A DNA stretch of 64,000 nt from Escherichia coli (GTDB lineage: Bacteria; Pseudomonadota; Gammaproteobacteria; Enterobacterales; Enterobacteriaceae). The stretch lies in assembly GCF_009931435.1 (NCBI RefSeq), contig NZ_CP043414.1; one strand, written 5' to 3'. A program made the position numbers and the translations under genes. Below the pieces are notes generated by a model. It saw only the letters and a list, made by a program, of their open reading frames with translations. It had not been told where the DNA came from and ran no database searches. This document shows, piece by piece, positions 1-9,918 of this stretch. Position 1 is the stretch's first letter. Every line of letters starts with the position of its first letter.

Positions 1-1184
1 CGCCTCCCCCTATACCAGAGGCGGTTCCTGACACAGATTCTCCCTCCCAAAGTCTTAACATTCAAAACACCGCAACACCACCTGAACAATCCCCAGTTAA
101 AAGCAAACGATTCACTACCTTTTGGGTATGGTTTTTTTTCCTGTTGTCGTTAGGTATCTGTGTAGCACTGGTAGCGTTTTCAAGTCTTGATACACGTCTT
201 CCTATGAGCAAATCGCGTATTTTGCTCAATCCACGCGATATTGACATTAATATGGTAAATAAAAGTTGTAACAGCTGGAGTTCCCCGTATCAGCTCTCTT
301 ACGCGATAGGCGTGGGTGATTTGGTGGCGACATCACTTAACACCTTCTCCACCTTTATGGTGCATGACAAAATCAACTACAACATTGATGAACCGAGCAG
401 TTCCGGTAAAACATTATCTATTGCGTTTGTTAATCAGCGCCAATACCGTGCTCAACAATGCTTTATGTCGGTAAAATTGGTAGACAATGCAGATGGTTCA
501 ACCATGCTGGATAAACGTTATGTCATCACTAACGGTAATCAGCTGGCGATTCAAAATGATTTACTGGAGAGTTTATCAAAAGCGTTAAACCAACCGTGGC
601 CACAACGAATGCAGGAGATGCTCCAGCAAATTTTGCCGCATCGTGGTGCGTTATTAACTAATTTTTATCAGGCTCATGATTATTTACTGCATGGCGATGA
701 TAAATCATTGAACCGTGCCAGTGAATTACTAGGTGAGATTGTTCAATCATCCCCCGAATTTACCTACGCGAGAGCAGAAAAAGCATTAGTTGATATCGTG
801 CGCCATTCTCAACATCCTTTAGATGAAAAACAATTAGCAGCACTGAATACAGAAATAGATAACATTGTTACACTGCCGGAATTGAACAACCTGTCCATTA
901 TATATCAAATAAAAGCGGTCAGTGCTCTGGTAAAAGGTAAAACAGATGAGTCTTACCAGGCGATAAATACTGGCATTGATCTTGAAATGTCCTGGCTAAA
1001 TTATGTGTTGCTTGGCAAGGTTTATGAAATGAAGGGGATGAACCGGGAAGCAGCTGATGCATATCTCACCGCCTTTAATTTACGCCCAGGGGCAAACACC
1101 CTTTACTGGATTGAAAATGGTATATTCCAGACTTCTGTTCCTTATGTTGTACCTTATCTCGACAAATTTCTCGCTTCAGAATAA
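1..1184 (+). CDS. cadC: CadC, membrane-integrated ToxR-like activator of cadBA; 5' end lies outside the window (frame open from position 3)
   Basis: Frame is open from window start to the stop at 1184; translation has a TM segment (FWVWFFFLLSLGICVALVAF) and periplasmic sensor domain matching CadC as I recall it; sits directly upstream of cadBA. Confidence 0.9.
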   Translation, partial: PPPIPEAVPDTDSPSQSLNIQNTATPPEQSPVKSKRFTTFWVWFFFLLSLGICVALVAFSSLDTRLPMSKSRILLNPRDIDINMVNKSCNSWSSPYQLSYAIGVGDLVATSLNTFSTFMVHDKINYNIDEPSSSGKTLSIAFVNQRQYRAQQCFMSVKLVDNADGSTMLDKRYVITNGNQLAIQNDLLESLSKALNQPWPQRMQEMLQQILPHRGALLTNFYQAHDYLLHGDDKSLNRASELLGEIVQSSPEFTYARAEKALVDIVRHSQHPLDEKQLAALNTEIDNIVTLPELNNLSIIYQIKAVSALVKGKTDESYQAINTGIDLEMSWLNYVLLGKVYEMKGMNREAADAYLTAFNLRPGANTLYWIENGIFQTSVPYVVPYLDKFLASE

Positions 1185-1547
1185 GTGAATCCGGGTTGAT
1201 TCATACTCGGGAATATTTGTTGTTGATTTTTTGTATGCTTTTGTTGGTATAATATGTTGCGGCAATTTATTTGCCGCATAATTTTTATCACATAAATTTA
1301 ACCATGGAATATTCCGCAATCTATTGTAAACATTGAATGTTTATCTTTTCATGATATCAACTTGCGATCCTGATGTGTTAATAAAAAACCTCAAGTTCTC
1401 ACTTACAGAAACTTTTGTGTTATTTCACCTAATCTTTAGGATTAATCTTTTTTTTTGAGTAATCTTGTCGCCAGTTTGGTCTGGTCAGTAAATAGTTACG
1501 CATCATGACCCGGACTCCAAATTCAAAAATGAAATTAGGAGAAGAGC
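1185..1547 (+). promoter_or_regulatory. cadC-cadB intergenic region containing the Pcad promoter and CadC/H-NS target sites (exact sites not resolved)
   Basis: 363 bp AT-rich intergenic region between cadC stop and cadB start, with RBS 'aggag' about 8 nt before the cadB ATG; placement follows the known cadBA regulatory architecture. Confidence 0.5.
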
Positions 1548-2882
1548 ATGAGTTCTGCCAAGAAGATCGGGCTATTTGCCTGTACCGGTGTTGTTGCCGG
1601 TAATATGATGGGGAGCGGCATTGCATTATTGCCTGCGAACCTTGCAAGTATCGGTGGTATTGCTATCTGGGGTTGGATTATCTCTATTATTGGTGCAATG
1701 TCGTTGGCTTATGTATATGCCCGACTGGCAACAAAAAACCCGCAACAAGGTGGCCCAATTGCTTATGCCGGAGAAATTTCTCCTGCATTTGGTTTTCAGA
1801 CAGGTGTTCTTTATTACCATGCTAACTGGATTGGTAACCTGGCGATTGGTATTACCGCTGTATCTTATCTTTCCACCTTCTTCCCTGTATTAAATGATCC
1901 TGTTCCGGCGGGTATCGCTTGTATTGCTATCGTCTGGGTATTTACCTTTGTAAATATGCTCGGCGGTACCTGGGTAAGCCGTTTAACCACTATTGGTCTG
2001 GTGCTGGTTCTTATTCCTGTAGTTATGACTGCTATTGTTGGCTGGCATTGGTTTGATGCTGCAACTTATGCTGCTAACTGGAATACCGCAGGTACTACTG
2101 ATGGTCATGCGATCATTAAAAGTATTCTGCTCTGCCTGTGGGCCTTCGTGGGTGTTGAATCCGCAGCGGTAAGTACTGGTATGGTTAAAAACCCGAAACG
2201 TACCGTTCCGCTGGCAACCATGCTGGGTACTGGTTTAGCAGGTATTGTTTACATCGCTGCGACTCAGGTGCTTTCCGGTATGTATCCGTCTTCTGTAATG
2301 GCAGGCTCCGGTGCTCCGTTTGCAATCAGTGCTTCTACTATCCTGGGTAACTGGGCTGCGCCGATGGTTTCTGCATTCACCGCTTTTGCGTGCCTGACTT
2401 CTCTGGGCTCCTGGATGATGCTGGTAGGTCAGGCAGGTGTGCGTGCCGCTAACGACGGTAACTTCCCGAAAGTTTATGGTGAAGTCGACAGCAACGGTAT
2501 TCCGAAAAAAGGTCTGCTGCTGGCTGCAGTGAAAATGACTGCCCTGATGATCCTCATCACTCTGATGAACTCTGCCGGTGGTAAAGCATCTGACCTGTTC
2601 GGTGAACTGACCGGTATCGCAGTACTGCTGACTATGCTGCCGTACTTCTACTCTTGCGTTGACCTGATTCGTTTTGAAGGCGTTAACATCCGCAACTTTG
2701 TCAGCCTGATCTGCTCTGTACTGGGTTGCGTGTTCTGCTTCATCGCGCTAATGGGCGCAAGCTCCTTCGAGCTGGCAGGTACCTTCATCGTCAGCCTGAT
2801 TATCCTGATGTTCTACGCTCGCAAAATGCACGAGCGCCAGAGCCACTCAATGGATAACCACACAGCGTCTAACGCACATTAA
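1548..2882 (+). CDS. cadB: Lysine/cadaverine antiporter
   Basis: 444-aa ORF, APC-family polytopic membrane protein matching CadB; immediately upstream of cadA. Confidence 0.95.
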   Translation: MSSAKKIGLFACTGVVAGNMMGSGIALLPANLASIGGIAIWGWIISIIGAMSLAYVYARLATKNPQQGGPIAYAGEISPAFGFQTGVLYYHANWIGNLAIGITAVSYLSTFFPVLNDPVPAGIACIAIVWVFTFVNMLGGTWVSRLTTIGLVLVLIPVVMTAIVGWHWFDAATYAANWNTAGTTDGHAIIKSILLCLWAFVGVESAAVSTGMVKNPKRTVPLATMLGTGLAGIVYIAATQVLSGMYPSSVMAGSGAPFAISASTILGNWAAPMVSAFTAFACLTSLGSWMMLVGQAGVRAANDGNFPKVYGEVDSNGIPKKGLLLAAVKMTALMILITLMNSAGGKASDLFGELTGIAVLLTMLPYFYSCVDLIRFEGVNIRNFVSLICSVLGCVFCFIALMGASSFELAGTFIVSLIILMFYARKMHERQSHSMDNHTASNAH

Positions 2883-2961
2883 TTAAAAGTATTTTCCGAG
2901 GCTCCTCCTTTCATTTTGTCCCATGTGTTGGGAGGGGCCTTTTTTACCTGGAGATATGACT

Positions 2962-5109
2962 ATGAACGTTATTGCAATATTGAATCACATGGGGGTTTAT
3001 TTTAAAGAAGAACCCATCCGTGAACTTCATCGCGCGCTTGAACGTCTGAACTTCCAGATTGTTTACCCGAATGACCGTGACGACTTATTAAAACTGATCG
3101 AAAACAATGCGCGTCTGTGCGGTGTTATTTTTGACTGGGATAAATATAATCTCGAGCTGTGCGAAGAAATTAGCAAAATGAACGAGAACCTGCCGTTGTA
3201 CGCGTTCGCTAATACGTATTCCACTCTCGATGTCAGCCTGAATGACCTGCGTTTACAGATTAGCTTCTTTGAATATGCGCTGGGTGCTGCTGATGATATT
3301 GCTAACAAGATCAAGCAGACCACTGACGAATATATCAACACTATTCTGCCTCCGCTGACCAAAGCACTGTTTAAATATGTTCGTGAAGGTAAATATACTT
3401 TCTGTACTCCTGGTCACATGGGCGGTACTGCATTCCAGAAAAGCCCGGTAGGTAGCCTGTTCTATGATTTCTTTGGTCCGAACACCATGAAATCTGATAT
3501 TTCCATTTCAGTATCTGAACTGGGTTCTCTGCTGGATCACAGTGGTCCACACAAAGAAGCAGAACAGTATATCGCTCGCGTCTTTAACGCAGACCGCAGC
3601 TACATGGTGACCAACGGTACTTCCACTGCGAACAAAATTGTTGGTATGTACTCTGCTCCGGCAGGCAGCACCATTCTGATTGACCGTAACTGCCACAAAT
3701 CGCTGACCCACCTGATGATGATGAGCGATGTTACGCCAATCTATTTCCGCCCGACCCGTAACGCTTACGGTATTCTTGGTGGTATCCCACAGAGTGAATT
3801 CCAGCACGCTACCATTGCTAAGCGCGTAAAAGAAACACCAAACGCGACCTGGCCGGTACATGCCGTAATTACTAACTCAACCTATGATGGTCTGCTGTAC
3901 AACACCGACTTCATCAAGAAAACACTGGATGTAAAATCCATCCACTTTGACTCCGCGTGGGTGCCTTACACCAACTTCTCACCGATTTACGAAGGTAAAT
4001 GCGGTATGAGCGGTGGCCGTGTAGAAGGGAAAGTGATTTACGAAACCCAGTCCACTCACAAACTGCTGGCGGCATTCTCTCAGGCTTCCATGATCCACGT
4101 TAAAGGTGACGTAAACGAAGAAACCTTTAACGAAGCCTACATGATGCACACCACCACCTCTCCGCACTACGGTATCGTGGCGTCCACTGAAACCGCTGCG
4201 GCGATGATGAAAGGTAATGCTGGTAAGCGTCTGATCAACGGTTCCATTGAACGTGCGATCAAGTTCCGTAAAGAGATCAAACGCCTGAGAACGGAATCTG
4301 ATGGCTGGTTCTTTGATGTATGGCAGCCGGATCATATCGATACCACTGAATGCTGGCCGCTGCGTTCTGACAGCTCCTGGCACGGCTTCAAGAACATCGA
4401 CAATGAGCACATGTATCTTGACCCGATTAAAGTTACCCTGCTGACCCCGGGGATGGAAAAAGACGGCACCATGAGCGACTTTGGTATTCCGGCCAGCATC
4501 GTGGCGAAATACCTCGACGAACATGGCATCGTTGTTGAGAAAACCGGCCCGTATAACCTGCTGTTCCTGTTCAGCATCGGTATTGATAAGACCAAAGCAT
4601 TGAGTCTGCTGCGTGCTCTGACTGACTTCAAACGTGCGTTCGACCTGAACCTGCGTGTGAAAAACATGCTGCCGTCTCTGTATCGTGAAGATCCTGAATT
4701 CTATGAAGATATGCGTATTCAGGAACTGGCTCAGAATATCCACAAACTGATTGTTCACCACAATCTGCCGGATCTGATGTATCGCGCATTTGAAGTTCTG
4801 CCGACAATGGTTATGACTCCGTATGCGGCGTTCCAGAAAGAGCTGCACGGTATGACCGAAGAAGTTTACCTCGACGAAATGGTAGGTCGTATTAACGCCA
4901 ATATGATCCTTCCGTATCCGCCGGGAGTTCCTCTGGTAATGCCGGGTGAAATGATCACCGAAGAAAGCCGTCCGGTGCTGGAGTTCCTGCAGATGCTGTG
5001 TGAAATCGGCGCTCACTATCCGGGCTTTGAAACCGATATTCACGGTGCATACCGTCAGGCTGATGGCCGCTATACCGTTAAGGTATTGAAAGAAGAAAGC
5101 AAAAAATAA
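2962..5109 (+). CDS. cadA: Inducible lysine decarboxylase
   Basis: ORF track starts at 2923, but the ATG at 2962 (MNVIAILNHMGVYF...) gives the 715-aa CadA; PLP fold-III decarboxylase motifs (STHKLL). Confidence 0.95.
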   Translation: MNVIAILNHMGVYFKEEPIRELHRALERLNFQIVYPNDRDDLLKLIENNARLCGVIFDWDKYNLELCEEISKMNENLPLYAFANTYSTLDVSLNDLRLQISFFEYALGAADDIANKIKQTTDEYINTILPPLTKALFKYVREGKYTFCTPGHMGGTAFQKSPVGSLFYDFFGPNTMKSDISISVSELGSLLDHSGPHKEAEQYIARVFNADRSYMVTNGTSTANKIVGMYSAPAGSTILIDRNCHKSLTHLMMMSDVTPIYFRPTRNAYGILGGIPQSEFQHATIAKRVKETPNATWPVHAVITNSTYDGLLYNTDFIKKTLDVKSIHFDSAWVPYTNFSPIYEGKCGMSGGRVEGKVIYETQSTHKLLAAFSQASMIHVKGDVNEETFNEAYMMHTTTSPHYGIVASTETAAAMMKGNAGKRLINGSIERAIKFRKEIKRLRTESDGWFFDVWQPDHIDTTECWPLRSDSSWHGFKNIDNEHMYLDPIKVTLLTPGMEKDGTMSDFGIPASIVAKYLDEHGIVVEKTGPYNLLFLFSIGIDKTKALSLLRALTDFKRAFDLNLRVKNMLPSLYREDPEFYEDMRIQELAQNIHKLIVHHNLPDLMYRAFEVLPTMVMTPYAAFQKELHGMTEEVYLDEMVGRINANMILPYPPGVPLVMPGEMITEESRPVLEFLQMLCEIGAHYPGFETDIHGAYRQADGRYTVKVLKEESKK

Positions 5110-5122
5110 TTAGCTCGTACAA

Positions 5123-5150
5123 GGGAAGTGGCTTGCCACTTCCCTTTTTT
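5123..5150 (+). terminator. Rho-independent terminator after cadA
   Basis: GC-rich inverted repeat gggaagtggc/gccacttccc followed by a T6 run. Confidence 0.6.
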
Positions 5151-5167
5151 GCTCATAAGGAGAACAC

Positions 5168-6625
5168 ATGAAAACACCCTCACAGCCGCGCGCGATATAC
5201 TATATCGTGGCGATCCAAATCTGGGAGTACTTCAGTTTTTACGGCATGCGTGCCTTACTCATTCTCTATCTCACCCATCAGCTTGGTTTTGATGATAACC
5301 ATGCCATCAGTCTGTTCAGCGCATATGCATCTCTGGTTTACGTTACCCCTATTCTCGGCGGCTGGCTTGCCGACCGCCTGCTCGGCAATCGTACTGCGGT
5401 AATTGCCGGCGCGCTGTTAATGACCCTTGGCCATGTAGTGCTGGGCATTGATACAAATTCAACCTTTAGCCTGTATCTGGCGCTGGCAATCATTATTTGT
5501 GGCTACGGTTTATTCAAATCAAACATCAGCTGTTTGCTTGGCGAGCTCTATGCCCCTGACGATCATCGACGTGATGGCGGTTTTTCGCTGCTGTATGCTG
5601 CGGGCAATATCGGTTCTATCGCAGCCCCCATCGCCTGCGGCCTGGCTGCTCAGTGGTATGGATGGCATGTTGGCTTTGCCCTTGCGGGTGGTGGCATGTT
5701 TATCGGTTTGTTGATTTTCTTAAGCGGTCATCGTCATTTCCAGTCCACGCGTAGTATGGATAAAAAAGCACTCACTCGAGTGAAATTTGCCTTACCGGTA
5801 TGGAGCTGGTTAGTGGTGATGCTCTGTTTAGCCCCAGTATTTTTTACCCTACTGCTGGAGAACGACTGGTCCGGATATTTGCTGGCGATCGTTTGCCTTA
5901 TTGCTGCACAAATCATTGCCCGCATGATGATCAAATTCCCCGAACACCGCCGTGCTCTTTGGCAAATTGTATTGTTGATGCTTGTCGGAACGTTGTTCTG
6001 GGTACTGGCACAACAGGGCGGCAGCACCATCAGCTTGTTTATCGATCGCTTTGTGAATCGTCAGGCATTCAATATTGAAGTGCCGACTGCGCTATTCCAG
6101 TCAGTGAATGCGATTGCAGTGATGCTCGCTGGGGTTGTTCTGGCCTGGCTGGCGTCGCCAGAAAGCCGCGGCAATTCAGCATTGCGCGTCTGGCTGAAGT
6201 TTGCCTTTGGCTTACTGCTGATGGCTTGTGGCTTTATGTTGCTGGCATTTGATGCCCGACATGCAGCGGCTGGCGGTCAAGCGTCAATGGGCGTGATGAT
6301 ATCCGGGCTGGCGCTAATGGGCTTTGCTGAACTCTTTATTGACCCGGTGGCGATTGCGCAAATCACGCGTCTGAAAATGTCTGGCGTATTAACCGGTATT
6401 TATATGCTGGCAACAGGCGCGGTCGCCAACTGGCTGGCAGGCGTCGTGGCACAGCAGACGACAGAGTCGCAAATTAGCGGTATGGCAATTGCAGCTTACC
6501 AGCGATTCTTTTCTCAGATGGGAGAGTGGACGTTGGCTTGTGTCGCGATCATCGTGGTATTGGCCTTTGCTGTCCGTTTTCTGTTTAGCACGCCGACGAA
6601 TATGATACAGGAGAGCAACGATTAA
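5168..6625 (+). CDS. dtpC: Proton-dependent dipeptide/tripeptide permease (POT family)
   Basis: 485-aa polytopic membrane ORF matching DtpC/YjdL; position between cadA and lysU as in K-12. Confidence 0.9.
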   Translation: MKTPSQPRAIYYIVAIQIWEYFSFYGMRALLILYLTHQLGFDDNHAISLFSAYASLVYVTPILGGWLADRLLGNRTAVIAGALLMTLGHVVLGIDTNSTFSLYLALAIIICGYGLFKSNISCLLGELYAPDDHRRDGGFSLLYAAGNIGSIAAPIACGLAAQWYGWHVGFALAGGGMFIGLLIFLSGHRHFQSTRSMDKKALTRVKFALPVWSWLVVMLCLAPVFFTLLLENDWSGYLLAIVCLIAAQIIARMMIKFPEHRRALWQIVLLMLVGTLFWVLAQQGGSTISLFIDRFVNRQAFNIEVPTALFQSVNAIAVMLAGVVLAWLASPESRGNSALRVWLKFAFGLLLMACGFMLLAFDARHAAAGGQASMGVMISGLALMGFAELFIDPVAIAQITRLKMSGVLTGIYMLATGAVANWLAGVVAQQTTESQISGMAIAAYQRFFSQMGEWTLACVAIIVVLAFAVRFLFSTPTNMIQESND

Positions 6626-6861
6626 CTGTCGTAAAAACAATTGGTTATGAATAAATTAACTTTCAGTTTATCACACTAATAAATCGAGATTAATAAGTCA
6701 TTTAAACCATTTTTATGGTTATTTATTAGTGATATCAACTTGAGGTAAGCGTTAGTTTCGATAAGATAAACTGAGTTATTAATAGTCGAGGCAGATAATA
6801 CAGTGTACCGATCTGTCTCTTTATCTACGCTAAATTGAAAGCTGGATTTAGAGGAACCAAA

Positions 6862-8379
6862 ATGTCTGAACGAGAAACACGGGGAGCCAATGAGGCTATT
6901 GATTTTAACGATGAACTGAGAAATCGCCGCGAAAAACTGGCGGCACTACGTCAGCAAGGTGTGGCGTTTCCCAATGATTTTCGCCGCGACCATACCTCTG
7001 ACCAGTTGCACGAAGAGTTTGATGCGAAGGATAACCAGGAACTGGAATCCTTAAACATTGAAGTCTCGGTTGCTGGCCGAATGATGACCCGTCGTATCAT
7101 GGGGAAAGCCTCCTTTGTAACGTTGCAGGATGTCGGTGGCCGTATTCAACTGTACGTTGCACGAGATAGCCTGCCAGAAGGTGTTTATAACGATCAGTTT
7201 AAAAAATGGGACCTCGGCGACATTATCGGTGCCCGCGGTACGCTGTTTAAGACGCAAACTGGTGAGCTTTCCATTCACTGTACTGAGTTACGCCTGCTGA
7301 CTAAGGCACTGCGTCCATTGCCGGATAAATTCCATGGCTTACAGGATCAGGAAGTCCGTTATCGTCAACGTTATCTGGACCTCATCGCTAACGATAAATC
7401 CCGTCAAACGTTTGTTGTCCGTTCAAAAATTCTGGCCGCTATCCGTCAGTTCATGGTCGCTCGCGGTTTTATGGAAGTAGAAACCCCAATGATGCAGGTA
7501 ATTCCAGGTGGGGCATCTGCTCGCCCGTTTATTACCCATCATAATGCTCTGGATTTGGATATGTACCTGCGTATTGCGCCGGAGCTATATCTGAAACGTC
7601 TGGTTGTAGGTGGTTTTGAACGGGTATTCGAAATCAACCGTAACTTCCGTAATGAAGGTATTTCTGTTCGTCATAATCCTGAGTTCACGATGATGGAACT
7701 CTACATGGCGTATGCGGATTACCACGATTTGATTGAACTGACGGAATCACTGTTCCGCACTCTGGCACAAGAGGTACTGGGTACCACTAAAGTCACTTAT
7801 GGCGAGCATGTGTTTGATTTCGGCAAACCGTTTGAAAAACTCACCATGCGCGAAGCAATCAAAAAATATCGTCCAGAAACCAATATGGCGGACCTGGATA
7901 ATTTTGATGCTGCTAAAGCATTAGCTGAATCTATCGGAATTACGGTAGAGAAAAGCTGGGGGCTGGGACGCATTGTCACGGAGATCTTTGATGAAGTGGC
8001 AGAAGCACATCTGATTCAGCCAACCTTTATCACGGAATATCCGGCAGAAGTGTCACCGCTGGCGCGCCGTAATGATGTTAACCCGGAAATCACCGACCGT
8101 TTTGAATTCTTCATCGGTGGTCGTGAAATCGGTAATGGTTTTAGCGAATTAAACGACGCAGAAGATCAGGCGGAACGTTTCCAGGAACAGGTTAACGCTA
8201 AAGCTGCAGGTGACGACGAAGCCATGTTCTATGACGAAGATTACGTGACTGCGCTGGAATATGGTCTGCCGCCAACCGCGGGTCTGGGTATTGGTATCGA
8301 CCGAATGATTATGCTGTTTACTAACAGTCATACTATTCGCGACGTTATTCTCTTCCCGGCGATGCGTCCACAGAAATAA
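6862..8379 (+). CDS. lysU: Lysyl-tRNA synthetase, inducible isozyme
   Basis: 505 aa from the ATG at 6862 ([31 protein letters not shown]...); class II aaRS; the ORF-track start at 6835 is an upstream extension. Confidence 0.95.
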   Translation: MSERETRGANEAIDFNDELRNRREKLAALRQQGVAFPNDFRRDHTSDQLHEEFDAKDNQELESLNIEVSVAGRMMTRRIMGKASFVTLQDVGGRIQLYVARDSLPEGVYNDQFKKWDLGDIIGARGTLFKTQTGELSIHCTELRLLTKALRPLPDKFHGLQDQEVRYRQRYLDLIANDKSRQTFVVRSKILAAIRQFMVARGFMEVETPMMQVIPGGASARPFITHHNALDLDMYLRIAPELYLKRLVVGGFERVFEINRNFRNEGISVRHNPEFTMMELYMAYADYHDLIELTESLFRTLAQEVLGTTKVTYGEHVFDFGKPFEKLTMREAIKKYRPETNMADLDNFDAAKALAESIGITVEKSWGLGRIVTEIFDEVAEAHLIQPTFITEYPAEVSPLARRNDVNPEITDRFEFFIGGREIGNGFSELNDAEDQAERFQEQVNAKAAGDDEAMFYDEDYVTALEYGLPPTAGLGIGIDRMIMLFTNSHTIRDVILFPAMRPQK

Positions 8380-8390
8380 ATTTCATTTTA

Positions 8391-8425
8391 ACGAACGAAG
8401 CAGTCAGACGACTGCTTCGTTCGTC
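8391..8425. terminator. Hairpin between convergent lysU and ghoT, possibly bidirectional
   Basis: Inverted repeat aacgaacgaagcagtc / gactgcttcgttcgt with 4-nt loop; AT-rich tract on the ghoT-sense side. Confidence 0.5.
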
Positions 8426-8497
8426 GTTCCACAAATCCAGTTTCGAGGAGAGACGCTTCGTTTCAAGATAACCAGCGGGTCCACTCAACTACAGCTC

Positions 8498-8671
8498 CTA
8501 AAAGAGAGAAAAAAGTAATGCCACAGGCAGGCTCATTGGCCAGGTTATTCCGACCAGAAATGCACTAAGTAAACGAATATGTGTTTTCTCATGTGAGATA
8601 AACCAGATAATGACAAAGGATATGTTCACACCAATCACATAAAAAATTAATATTTTAGAGAATAGTGCCAT
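8498..8671 (-). CDS. ghoT: GhoT membrane-lytic toxin of the type V GhoT/GhoS toxin-antitoxin pair (57 aa; below the ORF-track length cutoff)
   Basis: Minus-strand translation reads MALFSKILIFYVIGVNISFVIIWFISHEKTHIRLLSAFLVGITWPMSLPVALLFSLF*, matching GhoT/YjdO; lies directly downstream of ghoS. Confidence 0.85.
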   Translation of the reverse strand: MALFSKILIFYVIGVNISFVIIWFISHEKTHIRLLSAFLVGITWPMSLPVALLFSLF

Positions 8672-8698
8672 TTTTTATGTTCTTCTTATCCTTCCTGA

Positions 8699-8995
8699 CT
8701 ACTTGTAAAACTGACGGAAATAGTCATCAACTGTCATAATGTTGAGGTCAAAATCAATATCCGGTAAGTCTAAGCATTTGAGCCTGATTAAATCTTCGAT
8801 TTCACTTGCGGCTAACGATGTCGTTATTGCGAAGGAATTTTCATTCAATTGTCGTGGTATCCCATATTCATCAGCCACGATAGAGGAGAAATTCATATCA
8901 TACATCAATGATCTTAACCTTAAGAACACTGAGGAATAAGATGATGGATAATCAAAAGAAACAACATAAGTATTGAACTTGTTTTTACCTTCCAT
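8699..8995 (-). CDS. ghoS: GhoS antitoxin (sequence-specific endoribonuclease) of the type V TA pair
   Basis: 98 aa from the ATG at 8995 (MEGKNKFNTYVVSFDYPSSY...) matching YjdK/GhoS; the ORF-track start at 9037 is an extension. Confidence 0.85.
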   Translation of the reverse strand: MEGKNKFNTYVVSFDYPSSYSSVFLRLRSLMYDMNFSSIVADEYGIPRQLNENSFAITTSLAASEIEDLIRLKCLDLPDIDFDLNIMTVDDYFRQFYK

Positions 8996-9223
8996 AATAT
9001 GACTCCTATCAATATTAAACGCTCTGGGGACGCACAACTTATTAACCCCGATCGATGATTCTCATATAGGAGATATTCTTTTTTTTTTGCTCAGTAAAGG
9101 GGATGACTTGGGACAAGAAAACGCTCTCTCTGACCATTCTTTGTGCATCCCCCTACCCTTCAGATTCTCTCCTGCATCACACCGCGGAGAGCATGAAAAA
9201 TATCGTGACTCTGTACTCTCCCA

Positions 9224-9496
9224 TCAACTGCGAATATCATCATACTCCCGCGTTTTATCAAATTCGTGTTTCGCAAATGGACATAATGGGATAATTTTTC
9301 GTTTTTCCCGACGCATTTTTTCCACGACTTTCGCAACCAGCTGTTTACCAATCCCTTGCCCTTTCAGGCTTTCATCGACATCGGTATGTTCGATAATCGC
9401 TAAATTCTCTCCGGTCGGCACAAAGACAATTTCAGCGATTTGCTTGCCCTGTTCGTCATTAATGTAAAATTTATTGTGGCCTTCGTGTATTTCCAT
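9224..9496 (-). CDS. yjdJ: Small GNAT-family acetyltransferase
   Basis: 90-aa ORF matching YjdJ; position between ghoS and yjdI. Confidence 0.8.
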   Translation of the reverse strand: MEIHEGHNKFYINDEQGKQIAEIVFVPTGENLAIIEHTDVDESLKGQGIGKQLVAKVVEKMRREKRKIIPLCPFAKHEFDKTREYDDIRS

Positions 9497-9507
9497 TTTA
9501 CCCTCGC

Positions 9508-9738
9508 TTATTTATGACGGTATTTCAGCGCGCCGCTCGGGCACGTATCAATCACTTTAACCACAGTGGCAACGTCGACTTCATCCGGCATGATCCACGG
9601 CTTTCGTTTGAGATTAAATAACTTGCCGTTGCCACGTACGCAATTGCCAGAATGCTGACATATCGCAGTGTTGAAATAGACATCGATCTTTTCGCCGGTA
9701 TAACAGCGATAACCCCCGTCCAGTAGCGCCTGATCCAT
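9508..9738 (-). CDS. yjdI: Small cysteine-rich ferredoxin-like protein (DUF1271)
   Basis: 76-aa ORF with a Cys cluster (CQHSGNC...C) matching YjdI. Confidence 0.8.
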   Translation of the reverse strand: MDQALLDGGYRCYTGEKIDVYFNTAICQHSGNCVRGNGKLFNLKRKPWIMPDEVDVATVVKVIDTCPSGALKYRHK

Positions 9739-9918
9739 GACCTTCCCTCTCTCATCAGTATGGTTTTCACTATAAGCATAGCCCTGGAATCTTCATACAG
9801 CACTGGCAGTTTCCGTTGCCAGAGTCTCTTCCCCTATATAGCCAATCATTCTTACTCCCTTTGAATTACCCGCCTCATCAGAGATAATGCTTAAGAAATT
9901 TGTCACACAAGGAAGCTG

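Noticed and set aside
2923-2961. N-terminal extensions in the ORF track (cadA 2923, lysU 6835, eptA 24299, phnI 38747, phnJ 39735, gltP 57913, proP 29465, nrfG 58793 and others)
   Set aside because: The extensions overlap the upstream gene or lack an RBS, and internal ATG/GTG starts give lengths matching the known proteins.
3979-5043. 354-aa minus-strand ORF entirely inside cadA, with similar long antisense ORFs inside adiA (19561-20559), phnD (35288-36112), phnE (36254-37099), phnJ (40164-40766), phnM (42603-43487), yjcS (47671-48228) and fumB (14991-15503)
   Set aside because: Each is antisense to a well-supported gene, has no independent RBS or start context, and has an R/H/G-rich composition typical of shadow frames of GC-rich coding sequence.
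9087-9467. 126-aa plus-strand ORF (with nested 63-aa ORFs) between ghoS and yjdI
   Set aside because: It overlaps yjdJ on the opposite strand and is low-complexity; yjdJ, a GNAT acetyltransferase, is the better-supported gene.
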